The notes below the pieces were generated by a model that was not told where the DNA came from, did not search any database, and saw only the letters and a program-made list of their open reading frames with translations. Both the position numbers and the translations under genes were made by a program. This document shows, in pieces, positions 22,498 through 32,331 of a DNA stretch of 64,000 nt. Source of the stretch: Candidatus Eiseniibacteriota bacterium (GTDB lineage Bacteria; Eisenbacteria; RBG-16-71-46); the NCBI GenBank assembly GCA_963707915.1, contig OY970178.1:1952001-2016000 (forward strand), written 5' to 3'. The first letter of the stretch is position 1. Every line of letters starts with the position of its first letter.

Positions 22498-24837
22498 CAC
22501 GATGGCCTGCAGGTAGACCTTCCCCCGCCACTCCACCCGGGCCAGCGAGACCTCGGCGTCGAAGGGCGTGCCGTCCTTGCGGCAGTGGAGCCACTCGAAC
22601 GACTGGGGCTCGCCCTCCAGCGTCGCGCGCATCCGGGCCTCGGCCAGGGGTGCGGACGGGGAGCCGTCCCGCTGCTCGGGCGGGGAGAAGTCCGCCGGAT
22701 GGTGCCCGAGGATCTCCTCCCGGGCGCAGCCGAAGACCTCGAGGGTGCGGGCGTTGCAGTCCGCGAACCGGCCGTCCGCCATGAGGAAGATGGCGTCGCT
22801 CGCGCTCTCGAACAGCATGCGGTAGCGGCCCTCGCTCTCCCGCAGCGCCGACTCCGCCCGCGCCCGCTCGGTGATGTCCACGATGGAGGCGGTGCCTCCC
22901 ACCAGTCCACCGGGCGAGTAGAGGCCGCGGACGAAGGTCACCGCGTGGACCGTGCCCCCGGACCGGGTGATGTACCGCTTCTCGACGACGAACTGGTCGA
23001 TCTCCCGCCGCTTGAGCCGCGCGTAGTACTCCCGGCTCTCGTCCTGGTCGTCGGGCACGGTGAACTCGCCGACGCTCTTCCCGATCAGTTCCTCCGGGGC
23101 GTACTCGAGCATCCTGCAGAAGAGCTTGTTGACCCGCCGCAACCTGAATTCCGCGTCGACCACGACGACCCCGTAGGGCAGGTCTTCCTCCAGCAGCATC
23201 CGGTCGACCTGCTTTCGTCCGATGACATCCCGCACGATCGCCAGCCGCCGGCCGTCCGCGAGCATCCGGACGCTCGCCTCGACGGGCACGGTCGAACCAT
23301 CCTTGCGCACGAGCCGCCACTCGCGCAGCGGCACCCCCTCCGGGACGACGTCCGTCCGCCCCGCGGGCTCCGGTCGCACGTCCTCGACGCCCAGGTCCCG
23401 GACGCCGAGCTTCGCCAACTCCTCACGGGAATACCCCAGCAGGTCCACGAAGGCCTGGTTGGCGCTCAGGCACCGCCCTTCCGCATCCGTGACCACGACG
23501 CCGTCCGAGGCCTGCTCCACCAGCGTCCGGTACCGCTCCTCGCTCTCCCGCAGCGCCTCCTCGGCCCGCCGGCGTTCGGTGACGTCCATGATGTCGCCGA
23601 TGACCTTCACGATCCGGTCCCCGTGCCGGACCGCCTCGCCCCGCGTGCGCACCCACAGCGCGCGGCCGCTTGTGGTGGTGAAGGGCGCCTCCAGGTCGTA
23701 GGGGGTGCCCTGCTCGGCGCAGCGCGTGAAGGCCTCGAGGACCGCGGCGCGGACCCCGGGCCCGTAACAGGCCAGGCTCCTCTCCATGTGCTCCGCCGAG
23801 CCGGGAGCGATGTCGCCCGGCGCCAGGTCGTGGATGCGGTAGGTCTCCTCCGTCCACGTCATGGCCTGCGTCCCGACGTCCCACTCCCAGCCGCCGATCC
23901 TGCTCAGCCGCTGGGTCGCCTTGAGCAGCGCCTCGCTCGACTGCCGGGCCTCCTCCATCCGCGCCCGGTCGGCGACGGCGTCGACGCTCTGGAGGAACGA
24001 CGCCAGCTGGACGACGTCCTCCTGCGAGTAGTCGTGGGGCCGGTTCGCCACCGCCGCCACCGCCGTGATCCTGCCGTTGCGGAAGAACGGCACGACCAGG
24101 AGCCGCGTCAGGGGGACATGCCCCTCCGGCAGTCCCTTCTTCGCCTCGTGCCCGGCGGCGTAATCGTTCATGATCAGCGGCGAGCGGCGGCGGACCGCCT
24201 CGGCCCACACGCCGGCCTCGCGGATGGAGAACTCCTCCGGCGGGTCCGCCAGCCGGCAATCCTTCAGCGCCGCGCCGGACCTCGCCTGGATGGTCATGGC
24301 CGACTCGTCCTCGTTGACCAGGCCGTAGAAGCCGTAGGCGCTGCGGGTCATTCGCACGATCGAGTCGAGGATGTGCTCGGCGATGGCCTGCGGACCGGCT
24401 TCGGACAGGGAGGACACGCTCCACAGCGCCTCGAGCCTCGCGTGGGCGATCCCGAGCGCCTCCTCCACCCGCTTGCGCCTGGTGATGTCGCGCGCGACGA
24501 CCAGCAGGCGGCCGTCGGGCAGGGACCGCGTCGTGAGCTCGACCGGGATCAGCCTCCCGTCCCTGCCCCGCAGCCGGCGTTCCGCGACCGTGCCTTCCCC
24601 GCCCCCGGAGCCGGAGAGCCCGGCCGGGTCGTCGGGCGGCTCCTCGGGATCCGCGAGGTCCGCGAGCGGTCGGCCCAGCAGTTCCCCGGCGGCGAAGCCC
24701 AGCGCCTCGCACGCGCGCGGATTGACCGCGATCATCCGCCCCCGGGGATCGGCGACGAACATGGCGTCGACGGCCTGCTGGAAGAGCGAGACGTAGAACT
24801 CCGCGGGCAGGCTCGGGGTCGCGGATTCACGATCCAT
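21274..24837 (-). CDS. Multi-PAS/GAF hybrid histidine kinase with receiver domain
   Basis: Several PAS/PAC domains, GAF, AHDFNNLL, HATPase, C-terminal REC. Confidence 0.93.
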   Translation of the reverse strand: MDRESATPSLPAEFYVSLFQQAVDAMFVADPRGRMIAVNPRACEALGFAAGELLGRPLADLADPEEPPDDPAGLSGSGGGEGTVAERRLRGRDGRLIPVELTTRSLPDGRLLVVARDITRRKRVEEALGIAHARLEALWSVSSLSEAGPQAIAEHILDSIVRMTRSAYGFYGLVNEDESAMTIQARSGAALKDCRLADPPEEFSIREAGVWAEAVRRRSPLIMNDYAAGHEAKKGLPEGHVPLTRLLVVPFFRNGRITAVAAVANRPHDYSQEDVVQLASFLQSVDAVADRARMEEARQSSEALLKATQRLSRIGGWEWDVGTQAMTWTEETYRIHDLAPGDIAPGSAEHMERSLACYGPGVRAAVLEAFTRCAEQGTPYDLEAPFTTTSGRALWVRTRGEAVRHGDRIVKVIGDIMDVTERRRAEEALRESEERYRTLVEQASDGVVVTDAEGRCLSANQAFVDLLGYSREELAKLGVRDLGVEDVRPEPAGRTDVVPEGVPLREWRLVRKDGSTVPVEASVRMLADGRRLAIVRDVIGRKQVDRMLLEEDLPYGVVVVDAEFRLRRVNKLFCRMLEYAPEELIGKSVGEFTVPDDQDESREYYARLKRREIDQFVVEKRYITRSGGTVHAVTFVRGLYSPGGLVGGTASIVDITERARAESALRESEGRYRMLFESASDAIFLMADGRFADCNARTLEVFGCAREEILGHHPADFSPPEQRDGSPSAPLAEARMRATLEGEPQSFEWLHCRKDGTPFDAEVSLARVEWRGKVYLQAIVRDVTERRRAEQARLEMERQLLHTQKLESLGVLAGGIAHDFNNLLMAILGNLELGLRDLSPISPVRPRLDAASSAARRAADLTRQMLAYSGRGKFLVGRVDLNELVEENVHLLRTSIPRTVTLNLQLDRALPAVEADAGQIQQVVMNLITNAAEAVGSAPGVVTLSTGVRECDAGYLGRSRLSEPAPAGRYAYVEVTDSGCGMDEETQKRMFDPFFTTKFTGRGLGLPAVFGIVRGHGGALLLDSAVGKGTTIRVLFRAAGAASAVTAEASGARAGGAEAMRGTGQGTILIVDDEEMVLQPCAALVESLGFTVLTAGDGERAVEVVRRHGAGIRAILLDLTMPKLDGAGALERILLIEPGAKVILSSGYDEAEATQQIPPGRLAGFIRKPYHLDQLRGVLTRVLGATF

Positions 24838-25026
24838 CGTCGGTTTCCCCCTGGATCATCCGAAGCGTGCGCTCCGCCCTCCCGCCGCGGGAGGCGTGAC
24901 CTCGGCCTGGCACCGGGTCCCACCGCGGGGGAATCGCGGAAAGCGACCGGATCGTCCGGACTGGACGGCACCAGGTCCCGGAGGGGCGGGAACGGGGTGA
25001 AGTGCCCTCATCCCGAGGACGACGGC

Positions 25027-25055
25027 ACTATACGTTCGCCCGTCCGGCACGGCAA
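25027..25055 (-). promoter_or_regulatory. Sigma70 promoter of the 21274-24837 kinase
   Basis: TTGCCG-N17-TATAGT. Confidence 0.55.
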
Positions 25056-25122
25056 TGCCCGTCCCGGACCATGCGTGCCGGGCCGTCGCCGGGGTGCTCT
25101 CCTCCCCGCGCGCCCCGGCGAC

Positions 25123-26348
25123 GGCTAGAAGGTGGCGCCCAGGACCCGCGTCAGCACGCCGCGCAATTGATCCAGGTGGTAGGGCTTCCGGATGAACCCC
25201 GCCAGCCGCCCCGGCGGAATCCGCTGCGTCGCCTCCGCCTCGTCGTAGCCGCTCGTCAGGATCACCTTCGCCCCCGGCTCGATCAGCAGGATCCGCTCCA
25301 GCGCCCCGGCCCCGTCCAGCTTCGGGAGCATCAGGTCCAGCAGGATCGCGCGGATCCCGGCCCCGTGCTGCCGCACCACCTCCACCGCCCGCTCCCCGTC
25401 CCCCGCCGTCAGCACCGTGAATCCCAGCGACTCCACCAGCGCCGCGCACGGCTGCAGCACCATCTCCTCGTCGTCCACGATCAGGATCGTCCCCTGCCCC
25501 GTGCCCCGCATCGCCTCCGCTCCGCCCGCGCGCGCACCGGACGCCTCCGCCGTCACCGCCGACGCCGCCCCGGCCGCCCGGAACAGCACCCGGATCGTCG
25601 TCCCCTTGCCCACCGCGCTGTCCAGCAGCAACGCCCCCCCGTGCCCCCGCACGATCCCGAACACCGCCGGCAACCCCAGCCCGCGCCCGGTGAACTTCGT
25701 CGTGAAGAACGGGTCGAACATCCGCTTCTGCGTCTCCTCGTCCATCCCGCAGCCGCTGTCCGTCACCTCCACGTACGCGTAGCGCCCCGCCGGCGCCGGC
25801 TCGCTCAGCCGGCTCCGCCCCAGGTACCCCGCGTCGCACTCCCGCACCCCCGTCGACAGCGTCACCACCCCGGGCGCGCTCCCCACCGCCTCCGCCGCGT
25901 TGGTGATCAGGTTCATCACCACCTGCTGGATCTGCCCCGCGTCCGCCTCCACCGCCGGCAGCGCCCGGTCCAGCTGCAGGTTCAGCGTCACCGTCCGCGG
26001 GATCGACGTCCGCAGCAGGTGCACGTTCTCCTCCACCAGCTCGTTCAGGTCCACCCGCCCGACCAGGAACTTGCCCCGCCCCGAGTACGCCAGCATCTGC
26101 CGCGTCAGGTCCGCCGCCCGCCGCGCCGCGTTGCTCGCCGCGTCCAGCCGGGGCCGCGCCGGCGAGACCGGGGAGAGGTCGCGCAGCCCCAGCTCGAGGT
26201 TCCCCAGGATCGCCATCAGCAGGTTGTTGAAGTCGTGCGCGATGCCGCCCGCCAGCACCCCCAGGCTCTCCAGCTTCTGCGTGTGCAGCAACTGCCGCTC
26301 CATCTCCAGCCGCGCCCGCTCCGCCCGCCGCCGCTCGGTGACGTCGCG
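25123..26348. repeat. ~1.2-kb direct repeat, copy 2
   Basis: Matches 21272-22497. Confidence 0.95.
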
Positions 26349-27071
26349 GAAGCTCCAGACGCGCCCGGCGATCTCGTCGCCGTTCATCAGCGGGCACGAG
26401 AACCGCTCGAAGATCCGGCCGTCCTTGAAGCTGACGGAGTCGAAGGTCTCCTCGTCGGAGCGGTAGAGCGCCCGGACCTTCTCGAGGAACACCATGGGGT
26501 CCTCGACCTGGTCCAGGACGAATCCGAGCAGCCGGTCGTCGTCCCCGGAGTCGGTGACCTCCCGCGGGATGCGCCACAGCTCGGCGAAGCGCGCGTTCCA
26601 GTGCACGACGCGCCCGCGATCATCCACCGCGAGGATGCCGTCGGTCACCGCTTCCGTCGTGGCTCGCAGGAGCGCCTCGCTGGCCCTGACCGCCTCGAGC
26701 GCCTGCCGCCGCTCCGTGAGATCGCGGACGACGCCCACCAGGTGGCCGTCGGGCAGCATCCGCGTGGTGAGCTCGACCGGGACCGTGATCCCGTCCTTGC
26801 GCACCAGCAGGCGTTCCGAGACCACGCTCTTCCCGGCGCGCAGTTCGTCCACGCGCAGGGGGTGCTTCCGCAGGTCCTCGGCGTCCGTGAAGCTCACGTA
26901 CGGCTGGCCCAGCGTCTCCTCCACGGTGAACCCCGTGAGCTCGCACAGGCGGGGGTTGACGGTGGCCAGCCGGCCCTGTGCGTCGGCGACGAACATGCCC
27001 TCGGCAGCGTGCTGGAAGAGCGCGGCGTAGAGCTCCGCCGAAAGGCCCGGGGCCACCGGATCGCGATCCAT
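25125..27071 (-). CDS. Two-PAS hybrid histidine kinase with receiver domain
   Basis: Start MDRDP parallels the paralog's MDRES; AHDFNNLL; REC. Confidence 0.93.
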   Translation of the reverse strand: MDRDPVAPGLSAELYAALFQHAAEGMFVADAQGRLATVNPRLCELTGFTVEETLGQPYVSFTDAEDLRKHPLRVDELRAGKSVVSERLLVRKDGITVPVELTTRMLPDGHLVGVVRDLTERRQALEAVRASEALLRATTEAVTDGILAVDDRGRVVHWNARFAELWRIPREVTDSGDDDRLLGFVLDQVEDPMVFLEKVRALYRSDEETFDSVSFKDGRIFERFSCPLMNGDEIAGRVWSFRDVTERRRAERARLEMERQLLHTQKLESLGVLAGGIAHDFNNLLMAILGNLELGLRDLSPVSPARPRLDAASNAARRAADLTRQMLAYSGRGKFLVGRVDLNELVEENVHLLRTSIPRTVTLNLQLDRALPAVEADAGQIQQVVMNLITNAAEAVGSAPGVVTLSTGVRECDAGYLGRSRLSEPAPAGRYAYVEVTDSGCGMDEETQKRMFDPFFTTKFTGRGLGLPAVFGIVRGHGGALLLDSAVGKGTTIRVLFRAAGAASAVTAEASGARAGGAEAMRGTGQGTILIVDDEEMVLQPCAALVESLGFTVLTAGDGERAVEVVRQHGAGIRAILLDLMLPKLDGAGALERILLIEPGAKVILTSGYDEAEATQRIPPGRLAGFIRKPYHLDQLRGVLTRVLGATF

Positions 27072-27220
27072 CAAGGGGTTCCCTCCCAGCATCGTGCAAA
27101 GCGACCGTTCCGCCATCCCGGCGCCCGGGGGGAGCGAGGACGGATTCCGGAGGACAGGCGGCCCCTGGTCCGCCGCGGCGCGGTGACCGCGGGAGGCGTC
27201 ATCCTGCCGACGGCCGCGCC

Positions 27221-27250
27221 AATATACGTTCCGCTCGCGGGCCGTGACAA
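27221..27250 (-). promoter_or_regulatory. Sigma70 promoter of the 25125-27071 kinase
   Basis: TTGTCA-N18-TATATT; shares GAACGTATA with the paralog's promoter. Confidence 0.5.
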
Positions 27251-27367
27251 TCCGCTTCGCCCCCCGCGACCCGGTCGGCCCGCGCGGGGAGCGGGCCGGC
27301 CGCCGGCGGTCCGCGGACCGCCCGGAGCCCGTTGCCGAACCGCTCCACTGGGACTAGCATCCGCCTC

Positions 27368-30300
27368 ATGAGACCTCCCATCCTTCTGTACCTGCTCGCC
27401 GTGATCGGCGCTTCGTCCCTCCCCACGTTCGCCCCGGAGGCCCGGTGCGAGACCACGCGGCTCACCGTGCTCCACACCACCGACCTGCACGGCGCGCTCA
27501 CCTCGTACGACTACCTCGCCGACCAGCCGGCGCCCTCGGGGCTCGTCAGGATCGCGAGCCTGGTGCGGGCGGCACGGGCCGAGGGACAGCCGGTGCTGCT
27601 GCTCGACGACGGCGACGTCATCCAGGGCGGCGCGATCGAGACCTTCTACTGGCGCGGCGACCGCGCGCGGCCCGAGCCGATGATGACCGCCATGACGCGC
27701 ATGGGCTACGACGCGATGGCGGTCGGCAACCACGAGTTCTCGTGGGGACCCGCCGGGCTCGCGATCGCGCGCGACGAGGCCGGATTCCCCTGGCTCGCCG
27801 CCAACGTCGTCCGGGCCAGCGACGGCTCGCCCGCCTTCGGCACCTCGATCGTGAAGAAGCTCGGTGACCTGCGCGTCGGGGTGGTCGGGCTCACGACTCC
27901 GGCGGTGCCCGCGCTCGAGGACTCCGCCCACTGGGCCGGCCTGCGCTTCCTCCCCCCGCTCGAGACCGGGAACGCGGAGGCCAAGCGCCTGCGCGAGGTC
28001 GAGCGCTGCGACGTGGTGGTGGTGCTCGCCCACACCGGGATCGAGCAGGACCTGGCCACGGCGTCCGCGCGGCCCGCCGACGCGCCCGACGAGAACTGGG
28101 GCACCCGCCTGGCCCGCGGGCTGAGCGGCGTGGACGTCCTCATCCTGGGCCACACGCACGCGACCCTGGTGGATGCGAACTCGCCCACCGGGCCGCTGGT
28201 CGTGCAGGCCGGGCGCAACGCCGAGGCGCTCGGCCGCGTGGACATCGAGCTGACCCGGGGCGGCCCGACCGAGCCCTGGCGCGTCGGGCTGCGCCGCGGG
28301 CAGACCATCGCCGTGGCCGACTCGGTCCCGGTGGACGCGGAGCTCGACAGCTTCGCGGCGCCCTACCACGCGGCCGCGCAGGCGGCGCTCTCCGAGCGCA
28401 TCGGCGAGGCCGCGCAGGACATCGGCTCGCCGCACGGGCGCCTCGCCGACGGCCCGCTCTGGGACCTGGTCCACGCCGCCCAGCTGGAGGCCAGCGGCGC
28501 GGACGTCTCCCTCGCCGCGCTCTTCGACCCCGCGGCCGTCATCCGTCGCGGCCCGGTGACGGTGCGTGACGCGCTGCGCGCCTACCCGTACGACAACACG
28601 CTCGCCGTGGTCGAATTGACGGGCGCGCAGTTGCGGCAGGCGCTGGAGCGCTCCGCGCGCTACTACGCCCCCTACACCTTCGAGTCCGGCCGCGCGCTGG
28701 TCGAGCCGGGCGTGGCGGGCTACAACGTCGACGCCGCGCAGGGGATCGGCTACGAGGTGGACCTCACGCGCCCGGCGGGCGAGCGGATCGTCAACCTCAT
28801 CTGGCGGGGGCAGCCCCTGGCGGCCGACCAGAAGCTCAAGGTCGCGGTCAACAACTACCGGCTCAACGGCGGTGGCGGATTCGAGGAGATCGCGAGCGCG
28901 CCGCGCCTGCTCTCCCACGGGCCCGAGGTGCGCGAGGCGCTGGTGGACCACATCCGCCGGGCCGGCACGCTCGAGGCCCGCACCGACCGCTCCTGGACGG
29001 TGCTGCCCGACTACGCGACGAGCATGGAACGGCCGCTGGTGGACCTGCTGGTGCGGCGCGGCGTGGCGCCGAAGGGCGAGGTGCTGCGCCTGTTCCCCGA
29101 CGAGCCGGCGCGGCGCACCGACCTCGCCTACTGGCTGGCGCGCGCCTTCGACTGGCGCGAGAAGCGGCCCTCGGGCGCCTTCGCCGACGTGCCCGATTCG
29201 CTCGAGCCCTGGCTCGACGGGCTGCTCCGGCGCGGCGTGCTCGGGAGCGACGCCCGCCAGGAGCTGATCCACCCGTTCGCGGTGGCCTCGCTCGTCAACG
29301 CCCAGGACTGGTGCGAGTCCGCGGCCCGCGCCTCGGGCTACGCGCTGGAGAGCGGCGCCGAGCGCGCCTCGTTCCGCCGCGGCCTCCTGGCCGGCGTGAG
29401 CCTCGCGGGGCGGGGTGACACGCTGACCCGCGCGCAGGTGCTGGGCCTGGTCGCCAACACCCGCTTCCCCACGGTGCGGGTGCTCGAGACCACCGACTTC
29501 CACGGCGCGCTGCTGCCGGGCGCGAAGGAGCGCCGCAGCGGGCGCGCCTACGGGGGCTCGCCCGTGCTGGCCGCGCACCTGCACCGGCTCCAGGCCGAGA
29601 ACCCCGAGGGCACCATCCTCGTGGACGGCGGCGACACCTTCCAGGGCACGATGATCTCGAACCTGCAGTTCGGCCACCCGGTGGTGGAGCAGATGAACCT
29701 GCTCGGCTACAGCGCGATGGCGATCGGCAACCACGACTTCGACTGGTCGGCCGACACGCTGATGCGGCGCGTCGACGAGATGCGGTTCTCCGCCCTCGCC
29801 GCGAACATGGTCGAGCGCAAGACCGGCCGGAGGCCGCGCTGGGCGCGCAGCGACACGCTGCTCGTGCGCCGCGGGGTGCGCGTGGGGCTGTTCGGCATGG
29901 CCTACGTCGGAACGCCGAGCGTGACCCTGGCGACCAACGTGGCGCACCTGCGCTTCGAGGACGACTCGGCCACCGCCGCCCGGATCGTGCCCCGGCTGCG
30001 CAAGCGCTGGCGCCCCCCAGTGGTGATCGAGATCGGCCACACCCCGGCCGAGACCGACTCGTCGCGGCACGCCTCGGGCGACCTCGCGCGGCTCGCGCGC
30101 GGGGTGCCGGGCGTGGACCTGTGGATGGGCGGCCACAGCCACAACTACGTCCTCGACGAGATCGGCGGCGCGACCGTGATGATCCCGGGCTCGCAGGGCC
30201 AGGCGATCGGCGTCTGCGACCTCACCGTGGACCCGGTGGCGAGGCGCGTCGTGGAGCGCAGCTCCCGGATCGTCAGCACCTACGCCGACGAGGTCACCCC

Positions 30301-30931
30301 CGACAGCACGCTCGCCGCGCGCCTCCAGGTCTGGAACGCGAGCGTGGCCGCGATCGCGGCCACCCCCATCGGCCGAAGCGCCCGCGCCCTCACGCGCAGC
30401 CGGGACGCCACGCTCGGCAACGTGGTGACCGACGCGATGCGGACCGAGGTGAAGGCCGACGTGGCGATCACCAACAGCGGCGGCCTGCGGGCCGACCTGC
30501 CGGCGGGGGTGATCACCAAGGGCTCGGTCTACGAGGTCATCCCCTTCGACAACACGCTGGTGGTGGTGAAGCTCAAGGGGGCCGAGGTGCGCACCCTGCT
30601 GGAGGAGGGCCTCGCGCGCGGACGGGTCTCCCCGCAGAGCGGGCTGCGCTACCGGTACGATCTCTCGCGGCCCGAGGGCCAGCGCCTGCTCTCGCTGACG
30701 CTCGCCGACAGCACGGCACTCGACGACGCCAGGACGTACACCGTGGTGGTCAACAACTTCATGGCCGCCGGCGGGGACAACTACAACACGCTGATGCACG
30801 CGACCGACAAGACGGACACCGGTGTACTGATGCGGGACGCGCTGGAGCGCTACCTCGCAGCGGCCTCCAGGGACCGCCCGCTGGACGTCGGCCCGGACGG
30901 ACGCATCGAGCGGGTGGGCGGAGGCCGGTAG
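27368..30931 (+). CDS. Secreted tandem 2',3'-cyclic phosphodiesterase / 5'-nucleotidase
   Basis: Two metallophosphoesterase modules (TTDLHG/GNHEF/GHTH and TTDFHG/GNHDF/GHSH), each with a 5'-nucleotidase C-domain. Confidence 0.92.
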   Translation: MRPPILLYLLAVIGASSLPTFAPEARCETTRLTVLHTTDLHGALTSYDYLADQPAPSGLVRIASLVRAARAEGQPVLLLDDGDVIQGGAIETFYWRGDRARPEPMMTAMTRMGYDAMAVGNHEFSWGPAGLAIARDEAGFPWLAANVVRASDGSPAFGTSIVKKLGDLRVGVVGLTTPAVPALEDSAHWAGLRFLPPLETGNAEAKRLREVERCDVVVVLAHTGIEQDLATASARPADAPDENWGTRLARGLSGVDVLILGHTHATLVDANSPTGPLVVQAGRNAEALGRVDIELTRGGPTEPWRVGLRRGQTIAVADSVPVDAELDSFAAPYHAAAQAALSERIGEAAQDIGSPHGRLADGPLWDLVHAAQLEASGADVSLAALFDPAAVIRRGPVTVRDALRAYPYDNTLAVVELTGAQLRQALERSARYYAPYTFESGRALVEPGVAGYNVDAAQGIGYEVDLTRPAGERIVNLIWRGQPLAADQKLKVAVNNYRLNGGGGFEEIASAPRLLSHGPEVREALVDHIRRAGTLEARTDRSWTVLPDYATSMERPLVDLLVRRGVAPKGEVLRLFPDEPARRTDLAYWLARAFDWREKRPSGAFADVPDSLEPWLDGLLRRGVLGSDARQELIHPFAVASLVNAQDWCESAARASGYALESGAERASFRRGLLAGVSLAGRGDTLTRAQVLGLVANTRFPTVRVLETTDFHGALLPGAKERRSGRAYGGSPVLAAHLHRLQAENPEGTILVDGGDTFQGTMISNLQFGHPVVEQMNLLGYSAMAIGNHDFDWSADTLMRRVDEMRFSALAANMVERKTGRRPRWARSDTLLVRRGVRVGLFGMAYVGTPSVTLATNVAHLRFEDDSATAARIVPRLRKRWRPPVVIEIGHTPAETDSSRHASGDLARLARGVPGVDLWMGGHSHNYVLDEIGGATVMIPGSQGQAIGVCDLTVDPVARRVVERSSRIVSTYADEVTPDSTLAARLQVWNASVAAIAATPIGRSARALTRSRDATLGNVVTDAMRTEVKADVAITNSGGLRADLPAGVITKGSVYEVIPFDNTLVVVKLKGAEVRTLLEEGLARGRVSPQSGLRYRYDLSRPEGQRLLSLTLADSTALDDARTYTVVVNNFMAAGGDNYNTLMHATDKTDTGVLMRDALERYLAAASRDRPLDVGPDGRIERVGGGR

Positions 30932-30957
30932 CCGCGGTGCGCCCCGTCTCCAGCACC

Positions 30958-30989
30958 GAGCCCCCGGCAGGCCTTCCCGCCGGGGGCTC
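30958..30989. terminator. Hairpin between convergent genes
   Basis: gagcccccggc...gccgggggctc; no U-tract. Confidence 0.5.
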
Positions 30990-31025
30990 GCGGGTTCCGT
31001 GGACCGGGTGCGCCGCCCGGCGCGC

Positions 31026-32321
31026 TCAGCGCCCCCTGCCCGCGGCCGAGTCGGGCGGGCCGGCGGCGTAGCCGATGCCCGACTTCTCGAGGTAGGCGTA
31101 CACGCCCGCGGCTAGCTGGCGCGCGATCTGGGCCTGGAACTCCTCGCTCGCGAGCAGGCGGGCCTCGACCGGGTTGTTGATGAACGCCGTCTCGACCAGC
31201 ACCGAGGGGAACTCCACCGACTTGAGCACGACGAATCCGGCCTGCTTCACGCCGCGCTCCCCGAGCCGGCGGTCGCGGGTGACGTGGTCGAGCAGGCTGG
31301 TGGCGAGCAACTGGCTCTGCTGCAGGGCCGAGGAGCGCTTCACGTCGTACAGGATGCTCACCAGGTCGTCGTCGGCCTGCTGGGGCACGCCGCCGACCAG
31401 GTCGGCCGCGTTCTCCATGTCGGCCAGGTCCTTGGTGGCCTGGTCGGTGGCCCCGCGCAGGGAGAGGAAGTAGACCTCGGTCCCGCTTCCGCTCCCACGC
31501 CGCGGCGAGGAGTTGGCGTGGAGGCTGATGAACAGGTCCGCCCGGGCCTGCTCGGCGATGCGGTAGCGCTCGCGCAGCGGGATGAAGGTGTCGTCGTCGC
31601 GCGTCAGCACCACGCGGATGCCGGGCGTGCGGCCCAGCTCCGCGGCGAGCGCGCGCGCCACGGCCAGGTTGGCCTGCTTCTCCACCACGCCGCGCAGGCC
31701 GCGCGCGCCGGTGTCCTCGCCACCGTGCCCGGCGTCCACGACCACGACGCGCACCCGCGACGGCTTCTTCACCGCGGCGACGGCGGCAGGGACCTGCTCC
31801 ACGGCCGCCCCGGCACCGGGACGCGTCACGTCCACCACGACGCGGAACGGCTTGTCCGGCTCGCCCTCCAGGGTGAAGACGCGGAAGGGCACCGAGTCGC
31901 TCAGCCACACCTGGAAGCGCGCGCCCCGGCGCCCGGTGAGCACCTCGACCGAGTCCACCAGCCCGTCGCGCACCGCGAGCACGGCGGGCACCCCGGCCTC
32001 GCGCAACAGCGGCTGCCCGGGCACGCTCACCACGAGCGCGCGGGTGCGGCCGGAATCCGGCGCCACCAGCGTCACCGGCGCCGAGAAGTCGAACACCAGC
32101 CGCGTGGCGGCGGGCGCCGATCGCGAACGCAGGCCGGTGAGGAACACGCCGCGCGCGGCGGCGGCCGGGCCGGGGATCGCCGCGAGCAACAGCGCCGTGA
32201 CCGCGGCCGCGAGCCCAAGCGCACGGCGGAGCGTGACGGCAGCGCCCCCGGTTCGCCGTGACCGAGCGTCACGGACGACGGCGGCGGGACCGCGCCCGCC
32301 GCCGCCTTCCGGGCCCCTCAC
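31026..32321 (-). CDS. amiC: N-acetylmuramoyl-L-alanine amidase (AMIN + Amidase_3)
   Basis: DAGHGG, FISLHAN, VLVETAF; start uncertain. Confidence 0.9.
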   Translation of the reverse strand: MRGPEGGGGRGPAAVVRDARSRRTGGAAVTLRRALGLAAAVTALLLAAIPGPAAAARGVFLTGLRSRSAPAATRLVFDFSAPVTLVAPDSGRTRALVVSVPGQPLLREAGVPAVLAVRDGLVDSVEVLTGRRGARFQVWLSDSVPFRVFTLEGEPDKPFRVVVDVTRPGAGAAVEQVPAAVAAVKKPSRVRVVVVDAGHGGEDTGARGLRGVVEKQANLAVARALAAELGRTPGIRVVLTRDDDTFIPLRERYRIAEQARADLFISLHANSSPRRGSGSGTEVYFLSLRGATDQATKDLADMENAADLVGGVPQQADDDLVSILYDVKRSSALQQSQLLATSLLDHVTRDRRLGERGVKQAGFVVLKSVEFPSVLVETAFINNPVEARLLASEEFQAQIARQLAAGVYAYLEKSGIGYAAGPPDSAAGRGR

Positions 32322-32331
32322 GCGCCGGGCC

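Noticed and set aside
21272..26348. Composite transposon explaining the 1.2-kb repeats
   Set aside because: The repeats encode kinase domains; no transposase or terminal inverted repeats.
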